This document shows positions 37,827 through 48,653 of a stretch of DNA of 63,783 nucleotides, one piece after another. The position numbers and the translations under genes were made by a program. Every line of letters starts with the position of its first letter. The first letter of the stretch is position 1. This DNA is from Bacteroidales bacterium (GTDB lineage Bacteria; Bacteroidota; Bacteroidia; Bacteroidales; UBA7960), in NCBI GenBank assembly GCA_007129255.1, contig SKVW01000142.1:1-63783 (forward strand). The letters are read 5' to 3'. The notes below the pieces were generated by a model that was not told where the DNA came from, ran no database searches, and saw only the letters and a program-made list of their open reading frames with translations.

Positions 37827-37848
37827 TCTTTAAATACCCGTTTTTTGT

Positions 37849-38127
37849 ATGATGAGCAAGATCCAAATGAAAAAATTACGCACACTTCAGGATATCAAGC
37901 TGGAAAAGGCCAGGCTTAAATATGAAATGCTTGTTGCAGAGAATAATCTTGGAGAAGACCTTCATGCCGTGGAACGGGTATTTACTTTCTCAAGCACCAT
38001 GGCAAGCATTACCAAAGGGATATCCGTGGCCAAAAATGTTTATGATAAGGTCAACAGCATTATTGAAAAACTCTTCGGCAAAAAAAGAAAGAAAAAATCA
38101 AGGGAAGAATATTCCGGAGATGAATGA
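37849..38127 (+). CDS. Small hypothetical coiled-coil protein
   Basis: 92 aa, helical and charged. Third gene of the tight ytxH cluster. Confidence 0.45.
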   Translation: MMSKIQMKKLRTLQDIKLEKARLKYEMLVAENNLGEDLHAVERVFTFSSTMASITKGISVAKNVYDKVNSIIEKLFGKKRKKKSREEYSGDE

Positions 38128-38147
38128 TGCCTGAACACGGATCGTTT

Positions 38148-39326
38148 TTAGTTTCCCTGCTCCTCCCCGTTACCAAACCGAATAAACAACTCCACAATTT
38201 CCGGGCGGTTTCCAACACGCACGGGCGGCCCCCAGGTTCCCACCCCATTGGAAACATAAGCGTGCATACTGCCGATTTGCCCGTAACCATAGCTGATGGT
38301 GTAAATGGCCCTGGTAATGAAATTCAATGGCCATAGTTGTCCATGGTGGGTATGCCCGGAAAGCATTAAATCCACTCCAAGGCCGGAAGCTTTTTCCAGA
38401 TAAAACGGTTGATGATCCATCATGATTACCGGATAATCCAGGTCAATGCCATCCATGAGTTCTTCAAGAGAACGGCGTTCTTTGCCGCTAAAGCGCGACT
38501 TGTCACGATCTTCTCTACCCACCAGGAAAAAACTTTCATTTATTTTTACCACACTGTCCCGAATGATCTTTATGCCATGCCCGGTAAGATAGTCATACGC
38601 TTCGGAAGCCCCACCTATATGCTCGTGGTTGCCCATTACGCCATATACTCCCAGTGGGGCCTTTAACTGCCGGAGGGTTTCACCAATATTTTGCCTGATC
38701 ACCGGTTCAAGGTCCTCATCCAGCACATCACCGGCCAGTAAAATGATATCAGGCTGAATGGCGTTTACCTTTTTCACAATTTTTTCTAAATGCCCGTTCC
38801 CAATCAGGGTTCCAAGATGAATGTCGGACATCATAACTGCCTTAAGACTTTTCATATCTCCGGCGTTTTTGGGAATAGTCACTTCAAGTTTTGTGGTTTT
38901 CGGGTAAAGGGTGTTGATATGCCCGCCCAAAATCAGGATCCCGGTCAAAACCACCGAACCAATGAAACACAGGAACTTCACCTGTTGGTAATTGGAGCGG
39001 ACAAACTCCGGGAAAAAAGGAACATAATGGTTGATCAGCCTGAGCAGATCAAAAAATACCACCAGCAGGAAAAAATAGAGCATAGCCCCAAGCCAGAATG
39101 ATCCGGTCCAAACCAGAACATCGCTCGCATGACTGATGTAAATATTTTCCAGGATTCGACCCACTACATAAGTACTTACCAGTATCCAGAATATCCAGAT
39201 ATACCAGGGACGGAGAGAACTACCATCAGGAATGGCCTGCAAACCCCTGACAAAAATGTAATAATTGATCAGGGCATATAAGGATAGCACGATAGCATAA
39301 AATATAAGAAAGGCCATTTTTCGCAT
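38148..39326 (-). CDS. Membrane-anchored metallophosphoesterase (YkuE-like)
   Basis: N-terminal TM helices followed by MSDIHLG, AGDVLDE, GNHE and SGHTHHGQ phosphoesterase motifs. Start taken at MRKMAFLIF. Confidence 0.8.
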   Translation of the reverse strand: MRKMAFLIFYAIVLSLYALINYYIFVRGLQAIPDGSSLRPWYIWIFWILVSTYVVGRILENIYISHASDVLVWTGSFWLGAMLYFFLLVVFFDLLRLINHYVPFFPEFVRSNYQQVKFLCFIGSVVLTGILILGGHINTLYPKTTKLEVTIPKNAGDMKSLKAVMMSDIHLGTLIGNGHLEKIVKKVNAIQPDIILLAGDVLDEDLEPVIRQNIGETLRQLKAPLGVYGVMGNHEHIGGASEAYDYLTGHGIKIIRDSVVKINESFFLVGREDRDKSRFSGKERRSLEELMDGIDLDYPVIMMDHQPFYLEKASGLGVDLMLSGHTHHGQLWPLNFITRAIYTISYGYGQIGSMHAYVSNGVGTWGPPVRVGNRPEIVELFIRFGNGEEQGN

Positions 39327-39466
39327 GGTTTTAATGTATTGACTGTCCTTAAAACACCGGATTTTTTGAAATGTTTTACCATTAAGTTTTTTGAACAAAA
39401 AATTGATGGAAAAGGTTTTCCTAACGAACCTTTGATAGTTATCAGTTAGTAAAACAAAAAATAAGT

Positions 39467-40318
39467 ATGGAATTAAAAGACAAAACCTGCATTATAACAG
39501 GATCAACCTCAGGTATTGGAAGGGAAACAGCGCTGGCACTGGCAGCAGAAGGTGCCAGGCTGGTGTTGCCTGTGCGCAATACTGAAAAAGGGGAGTCCTT
39601 CAAACAAGAGATCCTTGAAAAAACCGGAAATGAAAATATTGAAATATACCCATGCAGGCTCGACTCCTTTGAATCTATCCGGGAATTTGCCGGGAAATTC
39701 CGGGAAAAATATTCCCACCTTCACCTGCTTATCAACAATGCCGGTATATGGGAAATGAAACGCAAAACTTCGGAAGATGGCATTGAAATGAATTTTGCAG
39801 TGAACCATCTGGCCCCATTTTTACTCACCAACCTGCTGCTGGATACCATGAAAAAAAGCAGCCCGGCAAGGATCGTCAATGTGTCCAGCGAGGCGCACCG
39901 GCAAGCCAAAATGCGTTTTGATGATCTGGAAGGAGAAAAGAAATGGAGCGGTTTCCGTTCTTACGCCCAAAGTAAACTGGCCAATATCCTTTTTACCCGC
40001 AAGCTTTCAGAAATGGTTTCCCAAAACGGGGTCACAGTGAACAGCCTGCACCCGGGGGTAGTATCCACAAGGCTTTTTGATAAAATGCCCGGCTTCCTCA
40101 GGGGTGTTTTCCGCTTGTTTATGATCCCCCCGGCCAAAGGAGCCCAAACCTCCATCTATCTGGCCACTTCTCCGCAAGTGGAAAAAACCAGCGGGGAATA
40201 CTTTGTCAAGAAAAAAATAAAAAAGCCAAGTGCCGAAGCCACAAATAAAGAAAATGCCGATAAACTATGGGAGGTCAGCCTCCGGTATACCGGCCTGGAA
40301 AAAATGAAAACATCATGA
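39467..40318 (+). CDS. SDR family oxidoreductase (retinol dehydrogenase-like)
   Basis: [16 protein letters not shown] and [11 protein letters not shown] motifs. Confidence 0.85.
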   Translation: MELKDKTCIITGSTSGIGRETALALAAEGARLVLPVRNTEKGESFKQEILEKTGNENIEIYPCRLDSFESIREFAGKFREKYSHLHLLINNAGIWEMKRKTSEDGIEMNFAVNHLAPFLLTNLLLDTMKKSSPARIVNVSSEAHRQAKMRFDDLEGEKKWSGFRSYAQSKLANILFTRKLSEMVSQNGVTVNSLHPGVVSTRLFDKMPGFLRGVFRLFMIPPAKGAQTSIYLATSPQVEKTSGEYFVKKKIKKPSAEATNKENADKLWEVSLRYTGLEKMKTS

Positions 40319-42348
40319 GCCAAACCAATCATGGAAAATCCAATCACTTAAAAGGGCAAACCAGCCCTTATCTTCTACAACACTTGTACAACCCGGTGGA
40401 CTGGTATCCCTGGGGTGATGAAGCCCTTGAAAAAGCAAAAAGAGAGAACAAGCCCCTGTTGGTGAGTATCGGTTACTCTGCCTGCCATTGGTGTCACGTT
40501 ATGGAAAAGGAAAGTTTTGAAGACCCGGAAGTGGCCGAAATTATGAACCGTTATTTTGTGTGTATTAAAGTGGACCGGGAAGAGCGCCCGGACATTGACC
40601 ACATTTACATGAATTCCGTTCAGCTGCTGTCCGGCAGGGGCGGCTGGCCGCTGAATTGTTTTGCCTTGCCCGGCGGGCGGCCATTCTGGGGTGGCACGTA
40701 TTTTCCAAAAGAACAGTGGAAAAGCATCCTGGAAAGGGTACATGAGCTGTTTGAAAAACAGTTTGATGACCTTGAGGATCAAGCAGAAAAAATAACCATG
40801 GGCCTCTCCCAAAGCAGTTTTATCAAGCCGAAAGAAGAAAAATCCGCCTTTGGCAGGGAGGAGGCAAAACGAATGACTGAAAATCTATTGGAATATATAG
40901 ACCCTGTTGAAGGCGGAATCAAGGGAGCTCCAAAATTTCCTATCCCCAATAATTTTGAGTTTCTTTTACATGCTTATCATCACAACAGGAACCAAAAAAT
41001 CCTGGACATGGTATTGCTCACACTTAAAAAAATGGCCATGGGTGGTATCTATGACCAGATTGGGGGTGGGTTTGCACGTTATTCCACTGACAAATACTGG
41101 AAGGTTCCCCATTTTGAGAAAATGCTTTATGATAACGCCCAGTTGACTTCCCTTTATGCCAGCGCTTATAAAGTTAATCCGGAGCCTTTGTTTAAAGAAG
41201 TAGTTTCAGAAACCATTGCCTTTGTTGAGCGGGAACTCACTGCCCCGGAAGGCACTTTTTATGCCGCCCTTGATGCCGACAGCGAGGGAGAGGAAGGAAA
41301 GTATTATGTATGGGAGGAAAAAGAGTTTGAAAGCGTGATGGGTGATCAGGCTCCTTTGATGAAGGAATATTACAACCTGGGCGGAAAAGGGTCCTGGGAG
41401 AACGGCAGGAATATTTTGTTAAGAAATGAAACCGATGAAAGTTTTGCTTCCGCTCATGAAATGACCGTTGATGAACTCAAGGCTCTTGTGTTTAAGGCAA
41501 AAAAAGAATTGCTCAATGCCCGGAGCAAAAGGGTGAAACCCGGCCTTGACGACAAAGTTCTGGTGTCCTGGAATGCCCTGATGATCAAGTCACTTTGCGA
41601 TGCCTATACCGCCTTTGAGCAACCGGATTACCTGAAAAAAGCCCTGGCCGCCGCAGAATTCATTTGCGCCCATGCCATGAAGCCAAATGGAGAGCTGTTT
41701 CGTTTAATCAACAAGAACAAACCTTCCATTCAGGCTTTTCTGGAAGATTATGCCCTTTTGGCCGATGCATTGATCAGCTTGTACCAGGTAAGCGCAGATA
41801 GTGAATGGCTGCATAAAGCAAAATCCCTGATCACTTATACTTTAGACCATTTTTCAAAACCCGAAACCAATATGCTCTCCTTTTCCTCAAAACAGGGAGA
41901 GGAACTTGCTGCTCCTTTTTATGAGTTTCACGACAATGTTATTCCCTCTTCAAACAGCGTAATGGCCTGCAACTTATTTGCCCTGGCCAATTATTTCGAA
42001 AATCCTGAATGGGGTCAGAGGAGTTCCGATATGCTGAGGGATATTAAAGGACACCTGGAAAAATTCAGCAGCAGTTTTTCCAACTGGGGCCGATTGCTTT
42101 TGCAACATGTTTACCCTTTCTATACGGTGGCCATAACCGGTCCACAGGCAGAAACAATAGCCCGGGATTTTTTTCCGTTTTATTTGCCAGAAAAAATAAT
42201 GGCCCCGGCAAAAGATCAGGATAGCAGCATTCCTGTTTTGCAGCAACGATTTCAGAAGGGAGAAACCCGGATTTACGTTTGCAGTATGGGAAGTTGCCAG
42301 CTCCCGGTAAAAACTGCCGAAGAGGCTTTAAAACAAATGCAGGCATAA
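40315..42348 (+). CDS. Thioredoxin-domain protein of the YyaL/DUF255 family with an (alpha/alpha)6 barrel-like C-terminal region
   Basis: [54 protein letters not shown]. The ATG overlaps the SDR stop (ATGA). Confidence 0.8.
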   Translation: MSQTNHGKSNHLKGQTSPYLLQHLYNPVDWYPWGDEALEKAKRENKPLLVSIGYSACHWCHVMEKESFEDPEVAEIMNRYFVCIKVDREERPDIDHIYMNSVQLLSGRGGWPLNCFALPGGRPFWGGTYFPKEQWKSILERVHELFEKQFDDLEDQAEKITMGLSQSSFIKPKEEKSAFGREEAKRMTENLLEYIDPVEGGIKGAPKFPIPNNFEFLLHAYHHNRNQKILDMVLLTLKKMAMGGIYDQIGGGFARYSTDKYWKVPHFEKMLYDNAQLTSLYASAYKVNPEPLFKEVVSETIAFVERELTAPEGTFYAALDADSEGEEGKYYVWEEKEFESVMGDQAPLMKEYYNLGGKGSWENGRNILLRNETDESFASAHEMTVDELKALVFKAKKELLNARSKRVKPGLDDKVLVSWNALMIKSLCDAYTAFEQPDYLKKALAAAEFICAHAMKPNGELFRLINKNKPSIQAFLEDYALLADALISLYQVSADSEWLHKAKSLITYTLDHFSKPETNMLSFSSKQGEELAAPFYEFHDNVIPSSNSVMACNLFALANYFENPEWGQRSSDMLRDIKGHLEKFSSSFSNWGRLLLQHVYPFYTVAITGPQAETIARDFFPFYLPEKIMAPAKDQDSSIPVLQQRFQKGETRIYVCSMGSCQLPVKTAEEALKQMQA

Positions 42349-42423
42349 CCTCATTTGAGCTTAGTGGTTTTTTTATTATTTTGCCGGCGTTTAGTTTCTT
42401 TAAAAAAATTTTAAAAAAAGACG

Positions 42424-42981
42424 ATGGAACGGGAAAAAGCATTTGAATTATTGCAGGAGTATGTAAAAAACGAAAAACTCATTGCCCACTGCCTTGCTTC
42501 TGAGGCAGTATTGCGTGCACTGGCCGAACGCCTGGGCGAGGACCCGGAAAAATGGGGACTGGCCGGCCTGTTGCACGACCTTGACGTGGAAATGACCAAT
42601 GCCGACCCGGCCGTTCATGCCCTGGAATCTGCAAAAATATTGGAGCAGAAGGGCCTTGACCCGGAAATAGTGGAAGCCATAAAATTGCATAACGAAGAGG
42701 CAGCCCACGGACAACAGCGCCACAAAACTTTTCACCATGCCCTGGCCGCAGGCGAAACCATCACCGGCCTGATAACGGCCACCGCCCTGGTGTATCCGGA
42801 TAAAAAGGTAGAAAGCGTAAAACCCAAATCCATCACCAAAAGGATGAAGGAAAAAGCTTTTGCCGCCTCAGTTAACAGGGATACCATAATGGAATGTGAG
42901 AAAATCGGGATTCCGCTGCCGGAGTTCGTGGAAACTTCCCTGAATGCAATGAAAAAAATCGGTCCCCAAATAGGCCTTTAG
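42424..42981 (+). CDS. HD/HDIG domain phosphohydrolase
   Basis: IAHCLASEAVLRALA...AGLLHDLD motif. Confidence 0.7.
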   Translation: MEREKAFELLQEYVKNEKLIAHCLASEAVLRALAERLGEDPEKWGLAGLLHDLDVEMTNADPAVHALESAKILEQKGLDPEIVEAIKLHNEEAAHGQQRHKTFHHALAAGETITGLITATALVYPDKKVESVKPKSITKRMKEKAFAASVNRDTIMECEKIGIPLPEFVETSLNAMKKIGPQIGL

Positions 42982-44666
42982 TCATTTTCCAATTCCACCG
43001 GACTCAGATAAGTCATCAGGGTATCGCTTTTCAACATTTCCACGGCTTTTTGAAAAGCCTGGTCACGGGTGTGTAACACCGGGAAAAACGCTTCCATCCC
43101 GAAAATATTCCTGCCCATATAAGCCTTCAGGTAATTTTTGGTCATGGCTTCACTTTCAGACGAAATATTGTCGGTACTCACTCCCTGTTCCCGCACAAAT
43201 CCAAGGAATTCGTTAAAAATTTGCCGGTCGAGGGTGAAACTGCTGACAAAGTTTTCTGCGGATTCATATTTCTCAAGTTTGGATCGGTTCCGATCTGCAA
43301 AATCAAAAGCAAAACGGTATAGCAGTCCGCGATTGGAAACCTGGTTAAAAAAGCGCGTATGATCCCCGGTTTCCAGGGGGATAAAGATATCAGGCATAAT
43401 CCCTCCCCCACCATAGACTTCTCTTCCGGCCGGTGTTTCAAACCTTAGAGAATCATCAAAGCGTATGCTGTCGGGATGCTCGAGTTCGCCGTCATAATAC
43501 CTTTGCAGAAACTCGGAAAAATATTCTTCCTCCCCGTTTTCGTAGGGTTTTTGAATGCTGCGTCCGGTTGGGGTATAATACCTTGCCACTGTAAGCCTTA
43601 AGGCTGAGCCATCGCCCAGCTGCACTTGCTCCTGCACAAGGCCTTTTCCAAAAGACCTTCTGCCGATGATCACGCCACGGTCGTTGTCCTGAACAGCTCC
43701 GGCAATGATCTCACTGGCCGATGCCGACCATTCGTCAATCAAAACCACCAGAGGCCGGGTTTCAAAACTGCCGTTTCTGCGGGCATGCGCATAGGTGGCA
43801 GGCCGCTTGCGCCCATCTGTGTAAACAATTAGTTTCTGCGGCTCAAGGAATTCATCTGCCAGGTTAATGGCCGCATCCAAAAAGCCTCCCCCGTTGCCAC
43901 GAAGATCAAGGATTAATTTTCCCATCCCCTTGCGATCAAGCTGTTCAACGGCCATTACAAACTCCTGGTGGGTGGTGGCAGAAAACTTATTCAACCGAAC
44001 GTAGCCCACCTCCGCATCAACCATATAGGCAATGTCCAGGCTATAGGAAGGAATCTTGTCCCTTACCAGCTCAAACTCCAGCAATTCATCCACCCCCCGG
44101 CGGTAAACAGAAACGTTTACTTTGGTGCCCTTTTCTCCTTTGAGTTTGGAAACCACTTCATTGGTGGCCATATTCACCCCGGCAATGGGTTCTCCTTCTA
44201 CCTTAACAATCCGGTCGCCGGGCATAATGCCGGCCGTCTCACTGGGTCCGCCGGCAATGGGGTTGATCACCACCACCGTGTCGTTGGTCATGTTAAACTC
44301 AATGCCAATGCCCTCAAAACCGCCCATCAACGGATCGTTCATTTCACGAAAGGCCGAGGCAGGAATATAGGCAGAATGGGGATCAAGGTTCTTTAAAAGA
44401 CTTTTTATGGTTTCTTCTGTCAGGGTTTCACGGCTAACACTATCCACGTATGAATCATAAACATAATTGATAATGTCATTCACCTTATCATACCGGTCCA
44501 CCCCGATGGAAAAGAATTTCTTTTCCGAAGAAGGTACCCCGGGATCGGTTCGCAGGTTGAGGCCAAGCAAAAAACCGGCAATCAATACCAGGGCAAAAAT
44601 AAATGGTAGATATATCTTAAAACGGGAATATTTTGGATTGCTGTTTTTCATTTGAAATAAGTGCAT
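42978..44666 (-). CDS. S41 family C-terminal processing peptidase with a PDZ domain
   Basis: The PDZ region contains GIMPGDRIVKVEG. Also GNGGGFLDAAINLADEFL and catalytic SASASEIIAGAVQDNDRGVIIGRRSFGKGLVQ. The true start may be the MKNS codon at 44651. Confidence 0.85.
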   Translation of the reverse strand: MHLFQMKNSNPKYSRFKIYLPFIFALVLIAGFLLGLNLRTDPGVPSSEKKFFSIGVDRYDKVNDIINYVYDSYVDSVSRETLTEETIKSLLKNLDPHSAYIPASAFREMNDPLMGGFEGIGIEFNMTNDTVVVINPIAGGPSETAGIMPGDRIVKVEGEPIAGVNMATNEVVSKLKGEKGTKVNVSVYRRGVDELLEFELVRDKIPSYSLDIAYMVDAEVGYVRLNKFSATTHQEFVMAVEQLDRKGMGKLILDLRGNGGGFLDAAINLADEFLEPQKLIVYTDGRKRPATYAHARRNGSFETRPLVVLIDEWSASASEIIAGAVQDNDRGVIIGRRSFGKGLVQEQVQLGDGSALRLTVARYYTPTGRSIQKPYENGEEEYFSEFLQRYYDGELEHPDSIRFDDSLRFETPAGREVYGGGGIMPDIFIPLETGDHTRFFNQVSNRGLLYRFAFDFADRNRSKLEKYESAENFVSSFTLDRQIFNEFLGFVREQGVSTDNISSESEAMTKNYLKAYMGRNIFGMEAFFPVLHTRDQAFQKAVEMLKSDTLMTYLSPVELEND

Positions 44667-44702
44667 TGAAGTTTTTAAACTGCTAATTCAGCGGGAATTA
44701 TA

Positions 44703-44710
44703 CAAAGTTA
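44703..44710 (-). promoter_or_regulatory. Bacteroidota -7 promoter motif (TAACTTTG on the minus strand) for the S41 peptidase gene
   Basis: Exact TAnnTTTG match 37 nt upstream of 44666. Confidence 0.4.
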
Positions 44711-44783
44711 ACGATTAATGAAGTGGCTATTTGTTATTTTTTCTTAAAACCGGAAAGCCCCAAAATCCCGGAATAGCTGAAAG

Positions 44784-45287
44784 CTATTTTTTTTTGAGTT
44801 TTTCCAACAAGCCGGAAGTTGAATATTCAGGAAGCAAATCGATGGTTACCACCTGCCCTTTGCGGGCCTTCACAATATCCCTTCCTGCAATCTCTTCCTC
44901 TTTGTAGTCGCTGCCTTTAACCAATACGTCGGGTTGTACGGTTTTAATCAGTTCGTAAGGGGTTTCCTGGTGAAACAATACCACGGCATCCACAAAAAAC
45001 AGGGAGGCCAGCAAAGAGGCCCTTGCCTGCTGATTATTGAACGGCCTTTCGGGACCTTTTATCAGGCTTACAGAATCATCGGTGTTCAACCCAACGATTA
45101 AAACATCTCCCAGGTCTGCAGCCCTGGACAAATAATCCACATGCCCCAGGTGTAATATATCAAAACAACCATTGGTAAAAACCAGTTTTTCTTCCATGAA
45201 GCGCCAATAGTTCAGTTTTTTTTGAAAAGAGGGGTCTTCCGGTGAGGAAAAGATTTTGGACGTTATGGTTTTAATTTTTGAGGACAT
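44784..45287 (-). CDS. Cytidylyl/adenylyltransferase family protein (RfaE domain II-like, D-beta-D-heptose 1-phosphate adenylyltransferase)
   Basis: FTNGCFDILHLGHVDYL nucleotidyltransferase motif. 167 aa. Confidence 0.75.
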   Translation of the reverse strand: MSSKIKTITSKIFSSPEDPSFQKKLNYWRFMEEKLVFTNGCFDILHLGHVDYLSRAADLGDVLIVGLNTDDSVSLIKGPERPFNNQQARASLLASLFFVDAVVLFHQETPYELIKTVQPDVLVKGSDYKEEEIAGRDIVKARKGQVVTIDLLPEYSTSGLLEKLKKK

Positions 45288-45359
45288 GCTGACTTTTTAA
45301 ATATTAACGTAAAAATTATGCCTGTTGTTTAGGTATGCAGGAAAAAACAAACGCAAGAT

Positions 45360-46370
45360 TCAGGCTATTCCTTTTCCGGGTTTAACTGAAAGCATAATCC
45401 ATGCCAAAGGGCCAACAATAATATTGACTGCTATTTGTGTAGCGTGCGTAATATAAGCATAGGAAGTTGCCGGTTCGGAGGCAATACCATAAAGCTCGGT
45501 AAGGGTGGTAATAATCAGAAAATGAAAAGTGCCGATCCCTCCCGGCACCGGGGCCAGAATACCCAGACTGCCAACCACCAAAAGGGTCATCCCGTCGGCA
45601 GCAGACAAATGGGAAGTGGCCTGTATGGCAAAAAAACAAAGGTAAACCGTAAGGTAATAAAGCCCCCAGATCAATATACTGGATAGCAGGAACCAACCCC
45701 TGGCCTTTACCTGCGCGATGGTTTTTATACCGCTTTTGAATCCAATGAGCTGCCGCTTAAGCTTGTAAAAGAAAGTTTCGGGTCTGGGGTTTTTGAGTTT
45801 ATTCCTGAAGAACAGGAAAAAAAACAACAGCAGGACTGCAAAGGCTATAATGATCAGCAACAACCAAATCCAGTTTTGGGCTCCCCGGGCCAGCAGGGGA
45901 GAAATAATTACCTGGTTGAGGAAATCTTTTAAAAACCCAAACTGGAAAATAATGGTCAGAAAAACGATAACAAACATGGTAAACAGGTCAAATGCCCTTT
46001 CGGAAACCACCGTACCGGCCAAAACATTAAAAGGGACTTTGCCTGCTTTGCTCAGCACCACGCAACGGGTTACCTCTCCCATGCGGGGAACGGCAAGGTT
46101 GGCAAGGTAACCGGTCATTACGGCATAAAAGGTCTGGGTGGTTTTGGTCTGGTAACCCATGGCCCCTATCAGGAGGTTCCAGCGCATAGCCCTCAATACA
46201 TGACTCACCAACGCCGCGATCATTGCCAGAAAGATCCATAAATAGTTGGCCTCTTTGAACTCCTGCATCAATAACCCGATGTCCTGATTGCGGGTTATCA
46301 ACCAAAGCAACAAGAAACCGAACCCAAGGGAAATAACTATTCTGAAAGTCCTTCTGTATCTGTTTTTCAA
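45360..46370 (-). CDS. Lysylphosphatidylglycerol synthase TM domain / UPF0104 family flippase-like membrane protein
   Basis: Polytopic protein. [20 protein letters not shown] and GGIGTFHF motifs. Apparent TTG start overlapping the panD stop (TTGA). Confidence 0.65.
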   Translation of the reverse strand: MKNRYRRTFRIVISLGFGFLLLWLITRNQDIGLLMQEFKEANYLWIFLAMIAALVSHVLRAMRWNLLIGAMGYQTKTTQTFYAVMTGYLANLAVPRMGEVTRCVVLSKAGKVPFNVLAGTVVSERAFDLFTMFVIVFLTIIFQFGFLKDFLNQVIISPLLARGAQNWIWLLLIIIAFAVLLLFFFLFFRNKLKNPRPETFFYKLKRQLIGFKSGIKTIAQVKARGWFLLSSILIWGLYYLTVYLCFFAIQATSHLSAADGMTLLVVGSLGILAPVPGGIGTFHFLIITTLTELYGIASEPATSYAYITHATQIAVNIIVGPLAWIMLSVKPGKGIA

Positions 46371-46723
46371 GTTTGACTAATGATTTTGTTGTGTTGATCG
46401 GGAAAAATGATTCTGGGCACAAAAGTACGGGCATTTTCCATTTCCATCATGGCATAAGAGAGGATGATAACCACATCGCCAGGATGGGCTTTGCGGGCAG
46501 CGGGCCCGTTCATACAGATCATTCCGCTTCCTCTTTCTCCTTTGATCACATAAGTTTCTATGCGCTCCCCGTTGTTGATATTCACAACCTGGACTTTTTC
46601 ATTTTCAATCAAATCAACCGCCTCCATCAGATCGGGATCAATGGTAATGCTGCCGACATAATTCAGGTCGGCTTCGGTAACGATGGCACGATGGATCTTT
46701 GATTTAAGGACTTCAATAAACAT
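46367..46723 (-). CDS. panD: Aspartate 1-decarboxylase
   Basis: [29 protein letters not shown], including the self-processing G-S site. Confidence 0.95.
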   Translation of the reverse strand: MFIEVLKSKIHRAIVTEADLNYVGSITIDPDLMEAVDLIENEKVQVVNINNGERIETYVIKGERGSGMICMNGPAARKAHPGDVVIILSYAMMEMENARTFVPRIIFPDQHNKIISQT

Positions 46724-46772
46724 AAAAATGATAAACTTTAATGGGAAAGGGTTGGTATACTAAATTACAAAG

Positions 46773-47618
46773 TTAAACATTTAAAAAAATATTATCAATG
46801 AGCCGCACCTCCCCTGCATTTACGGCTATGCAGCCTACTACCGGGAAGTCCGGATCTGTTTTTTCCAAAGGCAGAAGATTTTCGGCGTCCACTATTTCAA
46901 AATACTCCAGCTTTAATTCGGATGAAGCGTTGATCTCTTGTTCCACCCACTTTTTTATGGCACGGGGCGACATGAACCCAAAACGCTTTTTTGCCCCTTC
47001 CAGGGTCTCAAATATTTTTGCGGCTTCTTTTCTTTGAAGGGGGTTGAGGCGGGCATTTCTACTGCTCATGGCCAAACCGTCGCTTTCACGCACAGTGGGG
47101 CAGGCAATCACTTCCACCTCCTTTTTTTCTTTTTTCACCAGGGCCTTTATAATCTGAAGCTGCTGAAAATCTTTTTCTCCAAAGTAAGCCCGGTGAGGCT
47201 GAACAATATCGAAGAGCTTATTAACAACAATGGCTACCCCGTTAAAATGGCCCTGCCGGTATTTTCCTTCCATGACCTTATCCACGTGCCCAAAGTCGTA
47301 CTTTGTAGTTACCGGCTCCGGATATATTTCCTCCTCATCGGGGCAAAATACTGCATCGCAATCAATGGTTTGCAGCCTTTGCAGATCACGCTCAAGGTCA
47401 CGGGGGTATTTTTTCAGGTCCTCGGGGTTGTTAAATTGAATGGGATTAACAAAAATACTGCAAACAAGGAGGTCGTTTTTTGCTTTGGCTCTTTTGGCCA
47501 AATCAATATGACCCTGGTGCAAAGCACCCATAGTAGGGACAAAACCCAGTTCAAAGTGACTTTTTCGGGCATTTGCTGCCCATTCCATCATCTGTTTTTT
47601 TGTTTTGAAAACTTCCAC
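46773..47618 (-). CDS. panC: Pantoate--beta-alanine ligase
   Basis: GFVPTMGALHQGHIDL, SIFVNPIQF and YFGEKDFQQL motifs. Confidence 0.95.
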   Translation of the reverse strand: MEVFKTKKQMMEWAANARKSHFELGFVPTMGALHQGHIDLAKRAKAKNDLLVCSIFVNPIQFNNPEDLKKYPRDLERDLQRLQTIDCDAVFCPDEEEIYPEPVTTKYDFGHVDKVMEGKYRQGHFNGVAIVVNKLFDIVQPHRAYFGEKDFQQLQIIKALVKKEKKEVEVIACPTVRESDGLAMSSRNARLNPLQRKEAAKIFETLEGAKKRFGFMSPRAIKKWVEQEINASSELKLEYFEIVDAENLLPLEKTDPDFPVVGCIAVNAGEVRLIDNIFLNV

Positions 47619-47733
47619 GCCTTTATAGTTACCTGAAGTTTAACATGTTAATTTTACCAAACTACCATATCCCCAACCTCAAAACAAACCCGCAAAGCTA
47701 AAAGGATTATTTGAAATTGAGGAAAAAAAAGTG

Positions 47734-47741
47734 TAATTTTG
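47734..47741 (+). promoter_or_regulatory. Bacteroidota -7 promoter motif (TAATTTTG) for the short glycogen-synthase-like gene
   Basis: Exact TAnnTTTG match 37 nt upstream of the ATG at 47778. It overlaps the ORF-track TTG start at 47739. Confidence 0.45.
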
Positions 47742-47777
47742 CATAACATTTTTGCTAACTGTCAATCCAAACTACCT

Positions 47778-48605
47778 ATGGAAAAACCCAAAGTTCTTTT
47801 TGTTCAACAGGAAATCACACCTTACCTTAAAGAAAGTCATATGGGCCTTATCGGCCGCTACCTTCCCCAGGGAATTCAGGAGAAAAAAAAGGAAATACGT
47901 ACATTCATGCCCCGTTTTGGCCTTATTAACGAGCGCCGAAACCAGCTGCACGAAGTCATTCGCCTTTCCGGAATGAACCTTGTTATTGACAATGCCGATC
48001 ATCCGCTGATCATAAAAGTTGCTTCCATTCAGTCTGCCAGAATGCAGATTTATTTTATCGATAATGAAGACTTTTTTCAAAGAAAAGCTACCCTGGCCGA
48101 TAAAAAAGGGATCTACTTTAAAGACAACGATGAACGCGCCATTTTCTTTACCCGCGGGGTAATTGAAACGGTTAAGAAGTTGGGGTGGGCCCCGGATATT
48201 GTGCATTGCAACGGATGGTTTACCAGCCTGATGCCCCTTTATCTAAAGGTAGCCCTGAAAGAAAACCCCATGTTTTCCGACACCAAAGTGGTGTACTCTG
48301 TTTACAATGATAGTTTTCCCGGCACCCTGAATCCTGAAATGGCCAAAAAAATCCAAAGTAAGGATATTGGCGAACAGCCATTGAAAAAGTATGTCGACCC
48401 CACCTTTGTCAATATCAGCAAAGCGGCCATAGACTTTTCCGATGGCGTCATCTTCGGTGACGAAAAAGTCAATGAAGAAGTGGAAAAATATGCCAGGGAT
48501 TCCAACAAACCTTTGTTAGAGTTCCAAAACATGGATGAGTACATAAAAGCATACAATGATTTTTATGATGAAGTACTGGTGAATGAAACGGTTTACACAG
48601 AATAA
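47778..48605 (+). CDS. Short glycogen/starch synthase-like protein (GT5 N-terminal domain only)
   Basis: KVLFVQQEITPY..., IVHCNGWFTSLMPLYLK, VVYSVYN. At 275 aa it lacks the C-terminal nucleotide-sugar-binding half of GlgA. Confidence 0.7.
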   Translation: MEKPKVLFVQQEITPYLKESHMGLIGRYLPQGIQEKKKEIRTFMPRFGLINERRNQLHEVIRLSGMNLVIDNADHPLIIKVASIQSARMQIYFIDNEDFFQRKATLADKKGIYFKDNDERAIFFTRGVIETVKKLGWAPDIVHCNGWFTSLMPLYLKVALKENPMFSDTKVVYSVYNDSFPGTLNPEMAKKIQSKDIGEQPLKKYVDPTFVNISKAAIDFSDGVIFGDEKVNEEVEKYARDSNKPLLEFQNMDEYIKAYNDFYDEVLVNETVYTE

Positions 48606-48615
48606 TAATTTCTTG

Positions 48616-48623
48616 TAATTTTG
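48616..48623 (+). promoter_or_regulatory. Bacteroidota -7 promoter motif (TAATTTTG) for DUF4270/glmS
   Basis: Exact TAnnTTTG match 31 nt upstream of the ATG at 48654. It shares the 11-mer TGTAATTTTGC with the motif at 47732. Confidence 0.45.
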
Positions 48624-48653
48624 CGTTCGCTTTAGCACTTCAAAAATGTTTTT

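Noticed and set aside
46938-47636. 232 aa plus-strand ORF
   Set aside because: It is antisense to panC and has no recognisable domain.
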